A stretch of DNA of 64,000 nucleotides from Desulfotomaculum sp. Lineage in GTDB: Bacteria; Bacillota; Desulfotomaculia; Desulfotomaculales; Nap2-2B. Made by a program: the position numbers and the translations under genes. The DNA is taken from NCBI GenBank assembly GCA_003513005.1, contig DOTD01000073.1, positions 22,110-86,109 on the forward strand, in the 5' to 3' direction. The first letter of the stretch is position 1, and each line of letters begins with the position of its first letter. Positions 9,249 to 18,224 of the stretch are shown here, piece by piece. Under the pieces are notes generated by a model. It was given only the letters and a program-made list of their open reading frames with translations. It was not told the origin of the DNA and searched no databases.

Positions 9249-11141
9249 TCGCCTCTTATCCTTGAAATTTACAGACGGAAACAAGTTTAAATCCGTGTGC
9301 GGAAGAAAAAGGGCTGAAATAAACTCATCATAAAAAGTTTTTTCCGCGGCCAGTTCCAAATATGTTATTTTTCCCGAGAGTTCCTCAAGCTTCCTCCGGG
9401 CTGATTTTGAAAGCAATACCTGGACAGCCCCTTTAAGGGAACTGTTGCCAAGGTAGGCATATCTGTCTTCCGGCAGGTCGGGCAGCATTCCTATTGCAAC
9501 CGCCTGCCTGATATTTAAGAATCGCCCGAAGCCTCCGGCAAGGTAGATCCTTTCGATTGCTTCAACCGGCAGGCCGACTGTTTTCAGCATTGACCGTATT
9601 CCGGCAAATATTGCCGCTTTTGACCTGATCAGGTTTTTGACTTCTGTTTCTGAAATAGTTATTTCCCGGTTATTCAACCCGCTGGCTAAAATAAACTCCA
9701 GGCCTTCGTCCCCTTCCCTGAACCGGTGGTTTTCAGTTTTTAAAATAAATTTGCCTGCCCGGTCAATAACGCCTTCCCTGTAAAAACAGGCCAGGCAGTC
9801 AATCAGGCCGGAACCGCAAATCCCCGCGGGCGGCGCATTGCCGACTGTCCGGCACTCCGCCCGGGAACCTTTTTCTGATATAAAAACACGCTCAATAGCG
9901 CCTTCGGCAGCCGGCATGCCGTATCTTATTCCGTTGCCCTCAAAAGCCGGCCCTGCGGAACAGGAGCAGGCAACCAGCCACTCCCTGTTTCCCAAAACCA
10001 TCTCCCCATTAGTTCCCACATCTATAAAAAGAGCGGTCTCCTCCGCCTCGGCCATGCCCGTAACAAGCACACCCGCCGTGATGTCGCCCCCGATGTAGCT
10101 GGAAACCCCGGGAAGACAATGCACCCGCGCGTTGGGGTTTATTTTAAGGCCGATTTCCCCGGCCCGGCCCGGAGGCGGATTATTGGCAGCCGGCACATAC
10201 GGCTCCAGGCGGATATATGCTGGATCAAGGCCCAGAAACAGGTGGGTCATGGTGGTATTGCCGGCGCAAACCGCTGCCCTGACGTCACCGGGGTCGATCT
10301 TATAATCATTTAGCATGCCGGAAACCAACCCGTTGATAGTCCCCGTCACGGCGCCCTGAAGTTCTCCCAGGCCGTCTTTATGCTCTCCGGCATAAATTAT
10401 CCTTGAAATAACATCTTCGCCATAAACAGATTGCTTATTATAAGCGCCTCTTGCGGCCACCTGCCGGCCGTTTTCGAGATCTGCCAGGCAGGCTGCGATA
10501 GTAGTCGTGCCTATATCAACGGCCAGGCCGTAATATTTTGAATCAGACACTGGTTCAACCTGTTCTATATATATTTCCCCGCCGGCCTCGGCCAGGGAAA
10601 CGTTTACAATCCAACCTGATTCCCGCAATATGCCCGGCAAAGTACGAACAACGCCCAGGCCTGCGTTTATCCGGCTATCTCCCAGATGAAAACGCAATTC
10701 ATCAAGCAGCCTCCCCAGGTCGTCTTTGGGATCATCCAGCGACGGCTGCCGAAGTTTTAATTTTATTTTCCTGTAGAGCGGCCCGGAGGGATCGATGCCC
10801 CGGCCGGGCTCCGACAAAACGATCCGGCGCAGGTCCACCAGAGAACTTTCCGGTATTTCGATGACCACGTCTTCTACCGGAACGCTCTGACAGGCCAGAA
10901 CAAACCCACAGGCTAACTCTTCCCCGGTAAGTCCGCCCGGCAATCCCGGCCTGACCCTTCCTTCCCTAAGTAAAACCTTGCACCTTCCGCAGGCGCCTTC
11001 TCCCCCGCAGGCGGCGCGTACAGGTATTTCCGCTTCCGCTATCGCCTGAAGAAGGTTCTCGCCGTTAGGTATGGCCACTGTCTTTCCCCAGGGGATGATT
11101 TTTACATTTCTAACCAAAGGATCTCCCAATTCACAGGTCAC
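9243..11141 (-). CDS. acsV: Corrinoid activation/regeneration protein (RACo-type; N-terminal 2Fe-2S ferredoxin domain plus ASKHA ATPase)
   Basis: Contains ACGGEGACGRCKV (plant-type 2Fe-2S) and the ASKHA phosphate motifs DIGTTTIA and DVGTNGEMV. It sits between acsC and cooC, as in Moorella-type acs operons. Confidence 0.8.
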   Translation of the reverse strand: MTCELGDPLVRNVKIIPWGKTVAIPNGENLLQAIAEAEIPVRAACGGEGACGRCKVLLREGRVRPGLPGGLTGEELACGFVLACQSVPVEDVVIEIPESSLVDLRRIVLSEPGRGIDPSGPLYRKIKLKLRQPSLDDPKDDLGRLLDELRFHLGDSRINAGLGVVRTLPGILRESGWIVNVSLAEAGGEIYIEQVEPVSDSKYYGLAVDIGTTTIAACLADLENGRQVAARGAYNKQSVYGEDVISRIIYAGEHKDGLGELQGAVTGTINGLVSGMLNDYKIDPGDVRAAVCAGNTTMTHLFLGLDPAYIRLEPYVPAANNPPPGRAGEIGLKINPNARVHCLPGVSSYIGGDITAGVLVTGMAEAEETALFIDVGTNGEMVLGNREWLVACSCSAGPAFEGNGIRYGMPAAEGAIERVFISEKGSRAECRTVGNAPPAGICGSGLIDCLACFYREGVIDRAGKFILKTENHRFREGDEGLEFILASGLNNREITISETEVKNLIRSKAAIFAGIRSMLKTVGLPVEAIERIYLAGGFGRFLNIRQAVAIGMLPDLPEDRYAYLGNSSLKGAVQVLLSKSARRKLEELSGKITYLELAAEKTFYDEFISALFLPHTDLNLFPSVNFKDKRRT

Positions 11142-11160
11142 CTTTTTCGCCTACGCCTTT

Positions 11161-12489
11161 TTAAGCTATCCAGCGCCGTTTTAGAAAAGCCGGTATGCCG
11201 GACGACTCTACAGGACCAACTATCACTTCCCAGCCGGAAAGATCCTGTAATTTACCGCTTAAAACGGCGACACCGCCGGGTATAATCACCCTGCGGTGGG
11301 TAACTTTATCCTCAATTCCTGATTCCTTAAGCATTGCAGTAATTTTCTCGGGTGTAAACTTGCCTGCGGCCCAGCCCGTAAGAACGGAAACGCCGTCGGT
11401 ATCAACAGGCAGGATATACGCAGGCACGCGGGACGCCTCCACATCCGAGGCGACGCAGAAATAGGTAAGTGAAAAATTTGATGTTACCAGAACCGGCGCC
11501 GAATTTCCCGGGGAACCGATTTCATAAATCCTGGAGTCAACAGCGGCAGGTTTTTGCGGGTCGGCAAATATGTTCAAGCGAAGGGTAACCAGGGGAAGAA
11601 CAACCTCCGGATCAGCGCTGGGAAGAACAACTATTCCCGCGTATTTCGCTATGTAAACACCCGCTTCAACAACTGCCTGCAAAGGGTCCCGGCTGTTGAC
11701 GGCAAAGGCAATGGTGGGGTATCCGAAAGGCCGGAACCTCCTCAAAGCCTGGCGCCTGATTTGTGTCTGATCGGCGAGAACCTGCCTGACGCTTCGAGCC
11801 CCCGAATCAAGAACCAGCTGCCTGTGCCCAAGCGCAGCCACCTTTTCGGCCAAACCGGCCAAATGATCCAAACTTCTTCCTTTCACGGCCAGGGGGACGT
11901 TATATTTCCCGGCCAGTTCTGTCATAGCCGGATAGTTTTCCTCTGTCGCCGCATAGACAAGCGGTTTTTTTGCGCCGGTTATCTCAAGCGCTTTTTCTAT
12001 CGCCAAAGGATCCTCGCTGATCAGAATTAAAGGAAAATTGGTTCCTTGCGATATAATCTTTACTGCCCAGGAAAAGACCTCAGGATCCCCGGAATCATTT
12101 TGGACCGCCACCATGTTTATTCCGTGCATCTGTCCAAGACGATCGAAAACCAGTTTATTTGCCTTCAAAGTTTCGATAGCCGGATCTTCGCTCTTGTCTG
12201 AAACCACAACAGCAAGAGGCGCGGGATTGACAAAACACTTATCATGACGGAAAAGGACGGTTTCATTACCGGCCTGGACCTCACCATTCCCAACTCCGAT
12301 TTTGACAAGGGCTATTTGCGGCGCCGAGGCCGCTTCCAGTGTCTCCCTTGCCCTATCGCTTAAGTCCGGGCACTGCCCGAGATCAGCCTTGGCGTTGGCC
12401 AGCGCCATGGCAAAGGCAAGGCACGTCGCCTGGCCGCATTTTTTACAGTTTGTCTTGGGCAGCAGTTTAAAAATATCCAAACCAGTCAA
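11161..12489 (-). CDS. acsC: Corrinoid iron-sulfur protein large subunit
   Basis: The N-terminus reads LPKTNCKKCGQATCLAFAMALA....CP (4Fe-4S motif). Length is 442 aa. Confidence 0.85.
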   Translation of the reverse strand: MTGLDIFKLLPKTNCKKCGQATCLAFAMALANAKADLGQCPDLSDRARETLEAASAPQIALVKIGVGNGEVQAGNETVLFRHDKCFVNPAPLAVVVSDKSEDPAIETLKANKLVFDRLGQMHGINMVAVQNDSGDPEVFSWAVKIISQGTNFPLILISEDPLAIEKALEITGAKKPLVYAATEENYPAMTELAGKYNVPLAVKGRSLDHLAGLAEKVAALGHRQLVLDSGARSVRQVLADQTQIRRQALRRFRPFGYPTIAFAVNSRDPLQAVVEAGVYIAKYAGIVVLPSADPEVVLPLVTLRLNIFADPQKPAAVDSRIYEIGSPGNSAPVLVTSNFSLTYFCVASDVEASRVPAYILPVDTDGVSVLTGWAAGKFTPEKITAMLKESGIEDKVTHRRVIIPGGVAVLSGKLQDLSGWEVIVGPVESSGIPAFLKRRWIA

Positions 12490-12516
12490 GGGTATGTCTC
12501 CTTTAAAGATGTTAAA

Positions 12517-14718
12517 TCAGATTAAAGATTCCATGTTCAGGGCGGGGTGTTTTTTTTCTTCCATGAATTTTAGAATTTCCATGCTCTCTGTGCTGATCGT
12601 CTCGTCCGCTATTTGATCAAGAAACCCTTCTGAAAGTCCGGCGTTCAGGGCAGCCTCCGTTAGAGCCGGCAGCAGCTGTTCTTTTAGAGCCAGGGGCATC
12701 CAGACCAGCCTGGCCAACCCGCCGTCGCCGGATACGAACTTTCTTGAGAACAGGTACGACTTGCTGATCCCCATAAAACCCGGCGCCTGAACTCCGCCGC
12801 CGATCAAGCCGGCTAAAGTGGAAAAGCTCATTCCTGTCGGTGTCGGGCCGGTATGCTCCCGGTTGACAACCATCAGACCGTTGCATTCCGGAACAATACC
12901 TAAAATGCATTCAAAACAGCCGCAGGAAGTGTGCGGGTACTCCATAACTGTATAGAGGTTTACATTTTTAATGGTGTGCTGGGAGTTTTTATAGACAAAA
13001 TCATTAAATGATTCCCATTGCCCCTTCTTTTCGTCAATTAAACCATCTTTCCGGACAGGCTGGTTGACTCCGAAAGGATTGATCTCACAAGCCGCCCTGG
13101 CGTCCAGCCAGCTAACAGCCCCGCACAGCCCCGCCCGTTCGGGCGAGATAATGCAAACATGGGTCGGGGCGAATGACTGGCAGAGCAGGCACGAAAAAAA
13201 TGTGTCGACTGTATCGTCACTGAGTATCCTCAGGCGCTCGTCCCTCTTTTTATAATAATCCCGTGCGGTTTCACGCAGTTCAAGGACTTTTTTCTCTTCG
13301 GTATAGATAGACACTTTAACGCGGTCAACTATGGCGGGAAATTCGGCCTTCAGCCTGGCGATCAGGATATTGCCCAGGTGTTTTAAGCGAAATCCTTTTT
13401 TATAAGCATCAGAGCTGATGCGGACCCAGTTCAGGTCGCGCTGAGCTACATGCCATAAACCTTCGCCGTAATTAATGTAGTAGTGAATACGCCGTTCCAG
13501 GACAGGCTCGAAGTCCTCCTGCATTTTTCTGCCGAATACATCAACCACAATGCCAAGAGGCAGCGCGCTTCCCGGTTTTATACCGTCAATATCCGGCCCG
13601 GTAAGCTCAACCCGGCCGTCAATAAAACCTCCTGCTTCCCCAACCATCCTGACCAGCTCAAAACCAGGTGTCCTGCCTCCGCCGAACTCTACCTGAGCGT
13701 CTTTACGGCGGATACTTTCACCCTCGAAGGTGTGCCCGACCAAAATCGGGGCATCCACACCAACCGTAGCGATTTTAATGCCGCGCAGTTCCAGGCAGGT
13801 TTGTAACATTTTATCATAATCGGGCGCCGAAATAAACCATTCCGGTATCTGCCCGTCCTCCGGCAAAGCCTGATCTGTAACAACCGGAATGCCTATGTTG
13901 ATTGCGCCCATGGCTGCGGCGGTTTTTACCGGGTCATGCGCGCCCAGGTATAGTGCGAAAGCCCTGATCCTCCTGCGCTGATAATCACGCTGGGCGTCTT
14001 TTTGCCCGGCCGGGACCCTGCCGAACATCATCCCCGCCCGAAGAGCAAAGTTAGCCGCGTGTACAAGCTGCGTAAAACTGCCCAGCGGGTAAGCCATGAA
14101 TTCCGCGCCCAGCTTGACTCCCTCAGAAAGAAGCTGATCGCACACTTCGTCGCACAAAAAAATCATTAAACCGGCTTCCCTCAGCTTCCGGACAACCCCG
14201 GCGACCGCCCGGCTGTCCCTGGCCCGGCCGAAGATTATGGCCTCACCGGGAATGGTCCAGTCAACCATTTTAACTCCGCAGGCGCGAACCACTGGGTCGC
14301 CTATAAAGCCCGTCCATGGAGGGGTATGCAGCGGGGTTTCCGGTATTTGTCTCAGATACCTTACCGCCTCAATAATCTCCGCGGCATACCAGGTTGTCTC
14401 TCCCCACCGCCTTGCGTTGACAAAAGTCAGATCACCGCGCAGGACAAGCCGCTCACGGCCGAGCAGGGGCAGACAGCCGCCAAGTGTGCCGATATTCTCG
14501 CCGCTTAAGCTGTGGATAACAGGCAGGAAATAGGCGGTATCGGGAAAACCTACCGGATGATCAATGCCATATTCGCCAATGGCCTGCCCAAGAACTTCTT
14601 CAGCCAGATCCAGGGCGGCAACTGCCCCTTGACGGGCCTCCAGAAATAACTTTTCAGGAAACCTGCCCGCGCTGACAGCTCCGTTATAAATCTGATCAAA
14701 GCCAGAAATATCAGGCAT
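12517..14718 (-). CDS. acsB: Acetyl-CoA synthase (CO-methylating) catalytic subunit
   Basis: A-cluster motifs CLLCQSFAPTHVCIISPERAGLCGA and SCGCFEC are present. The start is chosen at Met7 (14718), which has the SD AGGGGTG 7 nt upstream. Confidence 0.9.
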   Translation of the reverse strand: MPDISGFDQIYNGAVSAGRFPEKLFLEARQGAVAALDLAEEVLGQAIGEYGIDHPVGFPDTAYFLPVIHSLSGENIGTLGGCLPLLGRERLVLRGDLTFVNARRWGETTWYAAEIIEAVRYLRQIPETPLHTPPWTGFIGDPVVRACGVKMVDWTIPGEAIIFGRARDSRAVAGVVRKLREAGLMIFLCDEVCDQLLSEGVKLGAEFMAYPLGSFTQLVHAANFALRAGMMFGRVPAGQKDAQRDYQRRRIRAFALYLGAHDPVKTAAAMGAINIGIPVVTDQALPEDGQIPEWFISAPDYDKMLQTCLELRGIKIATVGVDAPILVGHTFEGESIRRKDAQVEFGGGRTPGFELVRMVGEAGGFIDGRVELTGPDIDGIKPGSALPLGIVVDVFGRKMQEDFEPVLERRIHYYINYGEGLWHVAQRDLNWVRISSDAYKKGFRLKHLGNILIARLKAEFPAIVDRVKVSIYTEEKKVLELRETARDYYKKRDERLRILSDDTVDTFFSCLLCQSFAPTHVCIISPERAGLCGAVSWLDARAACEINPFGVNQPVRKDGLIDEKKGQWESFNDFVYKNSQHTIKNVNLYTVMEYPHTSCGCFECILGIVPECNGLMVVNREHTGPTPTGMSFSTLAGLIGGGVQAPGFMGISKSYLFSRKFVSGDGGLARLVWMPLALKEQLLPALTEAALNAGLSEGFLDQIADETISTESMEILKFMEEKKHPALNMESLI

Positions 14719-14751
14719 TTTTTCACCCCTTGCCATTAAAAAATTCTTTTA

Positions 14752-14780
14752 TATGAAAAAGCCGGTCACTTGACACCGGC
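14752..14780 (-). terminator. Intrinsic-terminator-like hairpin inside the acsB leader
   Basis: The minus strand reads GCCGGT-gtcaagtg-ACCGGC followed by TTTTT. It lies 33 nt upstream of the acsB SD. No minus-strand gene ends upstream of it for about 1.4 kb. Confidence 0.55.
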
Positions 14781-14830
14781 CTTTGATTTCTTCACCGTCG
14801 CCCTTTCTCCACAACCAAAAGCCTGTGTGG

Positions 14831-14858
14831 ATTATAGCTTCCGCTATTTTTGCATTAA
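14831..14858 (-). promoter_or_regulatory. Candidate sigma-A promoter for the acs operon
   Basis: The minus strand has TTAATG, a 16-nt spacer, then TATAAT (the -10 is at 14836-14831). It lies upstream of the leader hairpin. Confidence 0.3.
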
Positions 14859-14922
14859 TGAAATTTTATTATACCCCCCTTAAGTTGTCAATGTTTCTTG
14901 AAGTACAACCCGTTCTTAAAGC

Positions 14923-14951
14923 AGGAAGCAAAAAGAACGTCCCCTTGCTTC
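14923..14951 (+). repeat. 29-nt hairpin repeat, left copy (aggaagcaaaaagaacgtccccttgcttc)
   Basis: Matches 18225-18253 at 28 of 29 positions in the same orientation. The stem is GAAGCAA/TTGCTTC around a conserved 13-nt loop. Confidence 0.8.
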
Positions 14952-14972
14952 TCTTCGGAAGCAGAAGTCATG

Positions 14973-15092
14973 GAGGAATACCGCCGTGAGGGGCAGATCT
15001 TTCAGCTCGCAGAACGCTGCCAGGGACGGGTAATGGCGCAGCCAGCCCTTTTCCCGGGCTTAACCCTGGATTTAGGAGAAGTATGGGCGTAA
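14973..15092 (+). pseudogene. C-terminal fragment of a third Uma2-family endonuclease gene
   Basis: The tail ...EGQIFQLAERCQGRVMAQPALFPGLTLDLGEVWA matches the C-terminal pattern of the two intact Uma2 genes (S..LPGF......IF). No N-terminal catalytic part is present. Confidence 0.45.
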
Positions 15093-15185
15093 ATAACTAA
15101 CGGCCGAATTGCAATTTTTTCTTGGGGCATTTATAATAAACATAGTCAAGACAAATGGTAAATTTTAAAGAAAGGGTGATTTGCG

Positions 15186-15776
15186 GTGCTGGAAACGGCA
15201 GTTACCCGCGAACCGTCCGCCCGGAAGAATTTAACTTACGCTGATTATTTAAAAATCGACGACGGGCAGCGTTACGAACTGCTGGAGGGAGAACTGGCCT
15301 TGACGCCTTCGCCGGGATTTTCGCATCAGTACATGGCGGCCAATATCGAAGCGCTTTTGCGCGCTTACGTGGAAAAGAACGACCTGGGTCTCGTATTATT
15401 TGCGCCTTTTGACGTTGTGCCGGCCGACGACGTAGTTTTGCAGCCGGACGTGCTCTACCTTTCGCGGGAGCGTTTTCCCCTGCTTACGGAAAACTGCTTA
15501 AAAGGGATGCCGGACCTGGTGGCGGAAGTGCTCTCGCCCACCTCGGGGCGACGCGACCGGCTGCGGAAAAGCAGGCTGTACCTGCGCTACGGGGTCAGGG
15601 AGTACTGGGTGGCGGATCCCGTAGCCGAAACGGTGGAGGTGTTCAGCGCCGGCGAAAAAGGCTGGCTGCTGGCCGGGGTATACGGGCCGGAGGATTCCCT
15701 CGCCTCGCCCCTGCTGCCCGGATTCAACGCTCCGGGAACAGAAATTTTCCGCCGGCCGCAGGGGCTATCGCTGTAA
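15186..15776 (+). CDS. Uma2-family (DUF820) putative restriction-type endonuclease
   Basis: Contains YELLEGELALTPSPGFSHQ and PDLVAEVLSPTSGRRDRLRKSRLYLRYGVREYWVADP (D..E.K nuclease core). It has a GTG start after AAAGGGTGA. The gene is visibly more GC-rich than its surroundings. Confidence 0.8.
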   Translation: MLETAVTREPSARKNLTYADYLKIDDGQRYELLEGELALTPSPGFSHQYMAANIEALLRAYVEKNDLGLVLFAPFDVVPADDVVLQPDVLYLSRERFPLLTENCLKGMPDLVAEVLSPTSGRRDRLRKSRLYLRYGVREYWVADPVAETVEVFSAGEKGWLLAGVYGPEDSLASPLLPGFNAPGTEIFRRPQGLSL

Positions 15777-16200
15777 AGGTAAAATCCGGCATAACCAGCG
15801 GCCGCGCCCTTATAGGAAGGCGTTGGCCTGCGAAAAATAAATTTACGAAAAAAAGGAGACGGTTCCCTTTACGCCACCGGAGGCCGGCCTTACGGGAAAA
15901 AGCTCTGCCGGTGCGAGGGAACTTGCGGCTGCCAGCGCCGTTTTTCCGATCCTAAAAGCCAATTGGGGCTTAAGACAGCTACCGGGAGAGATGGGTTTTC
16001 GGGTATACCGCCTACGAAATCACAGCGGCGGATAGCTTTCACGATCTCCCGATTTATATTTGAAACATCTACCTCCAATCGTTTCCCTTGTCGCCATGAC
16101 TTTACTGAAAACTACACATCACCATAAAAACAAATTAATTTTGTAAAAATATGATGGCTTCCCTTAATTCGCTCATTAAAACCAAAATCTAAAATGAGTT

Positions 16201-16776
16201 TTATACCGGAGCAAAAATATCCCTTATTTCTACCTCCAGCCCGTCCAGAACAAGCGATTTAACCTTGCCCTTTTCCTCAACCCGCTGGTCGAGTACGAAT
16301 TTTTCCTCCTGACCCTTGTATACTTCGATGCTCTTGTCTTCCGGATCTGCAACCCAGTATTCTTTCACCCCGTGCCTGGCGTAGGTCCTGGCCTTTTTCT
16401 TCAAATCGTAATAGCCGGTGGAGGGAGATAAAATCTCAACTACCAGATCAGGAGCGCCATTTATCCTGGCCGGCTCTATGATATGGAACCTGTCTCGAGC
16501 AATAAAAATAATATCCGGCTGGTAGGTTTCTTTTTCTCCAAAGTATACATCTACAGGAGCATCAAGGACCAAGCCTAAATTCTTCTCGTTCACAAAGTTA
16601 GCAAACTTTAATTCTAAGCGCATCGAAATGATTTGATGGTAAGTGGTTGGAGCAGGGGTCATTACCAGTTTACCTCCGATCAGTTGATAAGGAGCGCCTT
16701 CAGGCAGCAGGGCATAATCCGCATAGGTATAAACTTCTTTGGGAGGAATTTCAATTTCTCTTACCGGCAGGCTCAT
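16201..16776 (-). CDS. Uma2-family (DUF820) putative restriction-type endonuclease, second diverged copy
   Basis: Contains YQLIGGKLVMTPAPTTYHQ and PDLVVEILSPSTGYYDLKKKARTYARHGVKEYWVADP. Confidence 0.8.
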   Translation of the reverse strand: MSLPVREIEIPPKEVYTYADYALLPEGAPYQLIGGKLVMTPAPTTYHQIISMRLELKFANFVNEKNLGLVLDAPVDVYFGEKETYQPDIIFIARDRFHIIEPARINGAPDLVVEILSPSTGYYDLKKKARTYARHGVKEYWVADPEDKSIEVYKGQEEKFVLDQRVEEKGKVKSLVLDGLEVEIRDIFAPV

Positions 16777-17100
16777 CAGTACCGCCTCCTGTTTTTGTGT
16801 TGGTGCTCATATTTTAACAGGTTGTTTGCTTTAAGGCAAGGTTTTTGCCTCCATGTCTTCGATTCATGCGTCAGCACTGCCTCTTCCGGCGTCCCCTCAT
16901 AAGCTGTAGTCCTCAAATCCAGGGGGAACATCTGTTTTTGTTAATCTGCCCTGGTTTGCCGGGGTTGAGCGAAACAACGGCACAGGCGGGCGCTTCAAAG
17001 GCAGCGGCGGGGGCAACCTCAAAGAGACATCCGGGCTCTCCCCAGCCAGCGCCTGTCTTACTATTCTTCCCCCGCAGCCTTCCTGATCGTAGTTCCACCT

Positions 17101-17151
17101 TAAAAAGGCCAGGTCGTCTATGTCAATTACGCCGTCCGCATTAAAGTCCGC
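17101..17151 (-). pseudogene. Orphan dockerin-type Ca-binding repeat remnant
   Basis: The minus-strand frame reads ADFNADGVIDIDDLAFL (D.N.DG.I...D loop plus helix). It is bounded upstream by in-frame stops and followed by low-complexity sequence. Confidence 0.4.
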
Positions 17152-17169
17152 CCGCCTGTCAAAACGGGG

Positions 17170-17529
17170 GACTGAGCCCGGCCTGGTTCACATCTTCTCG
17201 GCAATGGAGAAATGCACGAGCTACAAACCCTGGCACGATAAGACCACCGGCAAGACATCCCTCAAATATGATGGGCAAGGTCTCCATCAAGATGTACGAC
17301 AAATTCGGAATCGTGCTCCGGATCGAAACAACCACCAATGATGTCTCCGGTGTTCAGGCGTATGCGTAAAGTTCAACATCTTGACGTGAGCAGGGATAAC
17401 AAGGTCGCACCGATGAAAAAGAACATTTACAGTCTCTATGTCCTGGCCAGGGGAGAGTTTAACATCCGGGGTTTTCAGAACAAGATGATCCGTAAATTCA
17501 TCGCAAGGCTGTTATCACTACCGGCTTAA
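17170..17529 (+). pseudogene. Frameshifted fragments of a transposase-like/mobile-element-associated gene
   Basis: Three frames together read GLVHIFSAMEKCTSYKPW.., ..SIKMYDKFGIVLRIETTTNDVS and ..RKVQHLDVSRDNKVAPMKKNIYSL..GEFNIRGFQNKMIRKF. The segments are colinear but interrupted by a frameshift, a stop and internal deletions. The family assignment is from memory only. Confidence 0.35.
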
Positions 17530-18037
17530 AAACAAGAGCCCTCTTTATCATCCCGAATTTGGCCGGTTTAGGGGTTTCTGCTGTGTAATGATGGGTGTAC
17601 CAGCCCTCTGTGCAACCTATGCCTACCCTGTATCTCTGGGTTGGCAAACCTCTAATGATATAGCTGCCGTTCTCATCCGTCCTCGTCCCGACACCACCGC
17701 CGCCGGCCCCGTATTCTGCCCGGACGTAGGCGTTGGCTAGGGGGTTGCCGTTTTCGTCAGTCACTGTGCCGGAATTATTATCCGTGCCGAAGTATAATTG
17801 TTTTATCGATTCGTACAGCGGCTTAAAATCTGCCGGCAATTCCTCCTCGGGAGTACCTTGTGTAACTATTTCATCTTTAAGCTGGTTAAAAAACAACACA
17901 TATGAATTTTTCAAGCCCGGGTACGCGTCAGCAAACGTACCGTACTCAGCTCTTATTGGAAAACAGGTTAGTAAAACTAATGTCAGGCACAAAAATACCC
18001 TGATCGGCAAACTGCTGCTTATCTTTCTGTAAAACAA
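17498..18037 (-). CDS. Secreted protein with a CarboxypepD_reg-like beta-sandwich; probably 3'-truncated by the adjacent mobile-element remnant
   Basis: Has a signal peptide (..LLTCFPIRA/EYG) and GTVTDENGNPLANAYVRA...TRTDENGSYIIRGLP. The C-terminal tail overlaps the end of the transposase-like fragment, and no anchor module remains. Confidence 0.5.
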   Translation of the reverse strand: MFYRKISSSLPIRVFLCLTLVLLTCFPIRAEYGTFADAYPGLKNSYVLFFNQLKDEIVTQGTPEEELPADFKPLYESIKQLYFGTDNNSGTVTDENGNPLANAYVRAEYGAGGGGVGTRTDENGSYIIRGLPTQRYRVGIGCTEGWYTHHYTAETPKPAKFGMIKRALVFKPVVITALR

Positions 18038-18103
18038 GTTTTTTCCTCTGTTTGTTATAAAAATGTTTAGTACAATACAATAATTAACTTAATGATTAAC
18101 TAT

Positions 18104-18147
18104 CCTGAAATTAATCTTGCTTTAGGGAGGTCAACTGCCTACGTGCT
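18104..18147. repeat. Copy C of the ~48-nt intergenic repeat family
   Basis: Sequence cctgaaattaatcttgctttagggaggtcaactgcctacgtgct. Confidence 0.6.
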
Positions 18148-18224
18148 TAATAATCGCCTTCTATAAATACAGGGGAACGAATCTTGTGTATTTTTTTCCT
18201 ATCCCATAGTCAGCTTCGCTAACG

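Noticed and set aside
14868-14891. Perfect TTGACA and perfect TATAAT on the acsB strand
   Set aside because: The spacer is only 12 nt, which is incompatible with sigma-A promoter geometry, so I treat it as coincidental. The weaker TTAATG-16-TATAAT downstream is a better candidate.
15890-16078. 62-aa minus-strand ORF between the two Uma2 genes, with a faint resemblance of ..NINREIVKAIRRCDFVGG.. to HEPN/DUF86-type toxins
   Set aside because: It has no SD, and the similarity is too short and vague to support. It is probably non-coding or a gene remnant.
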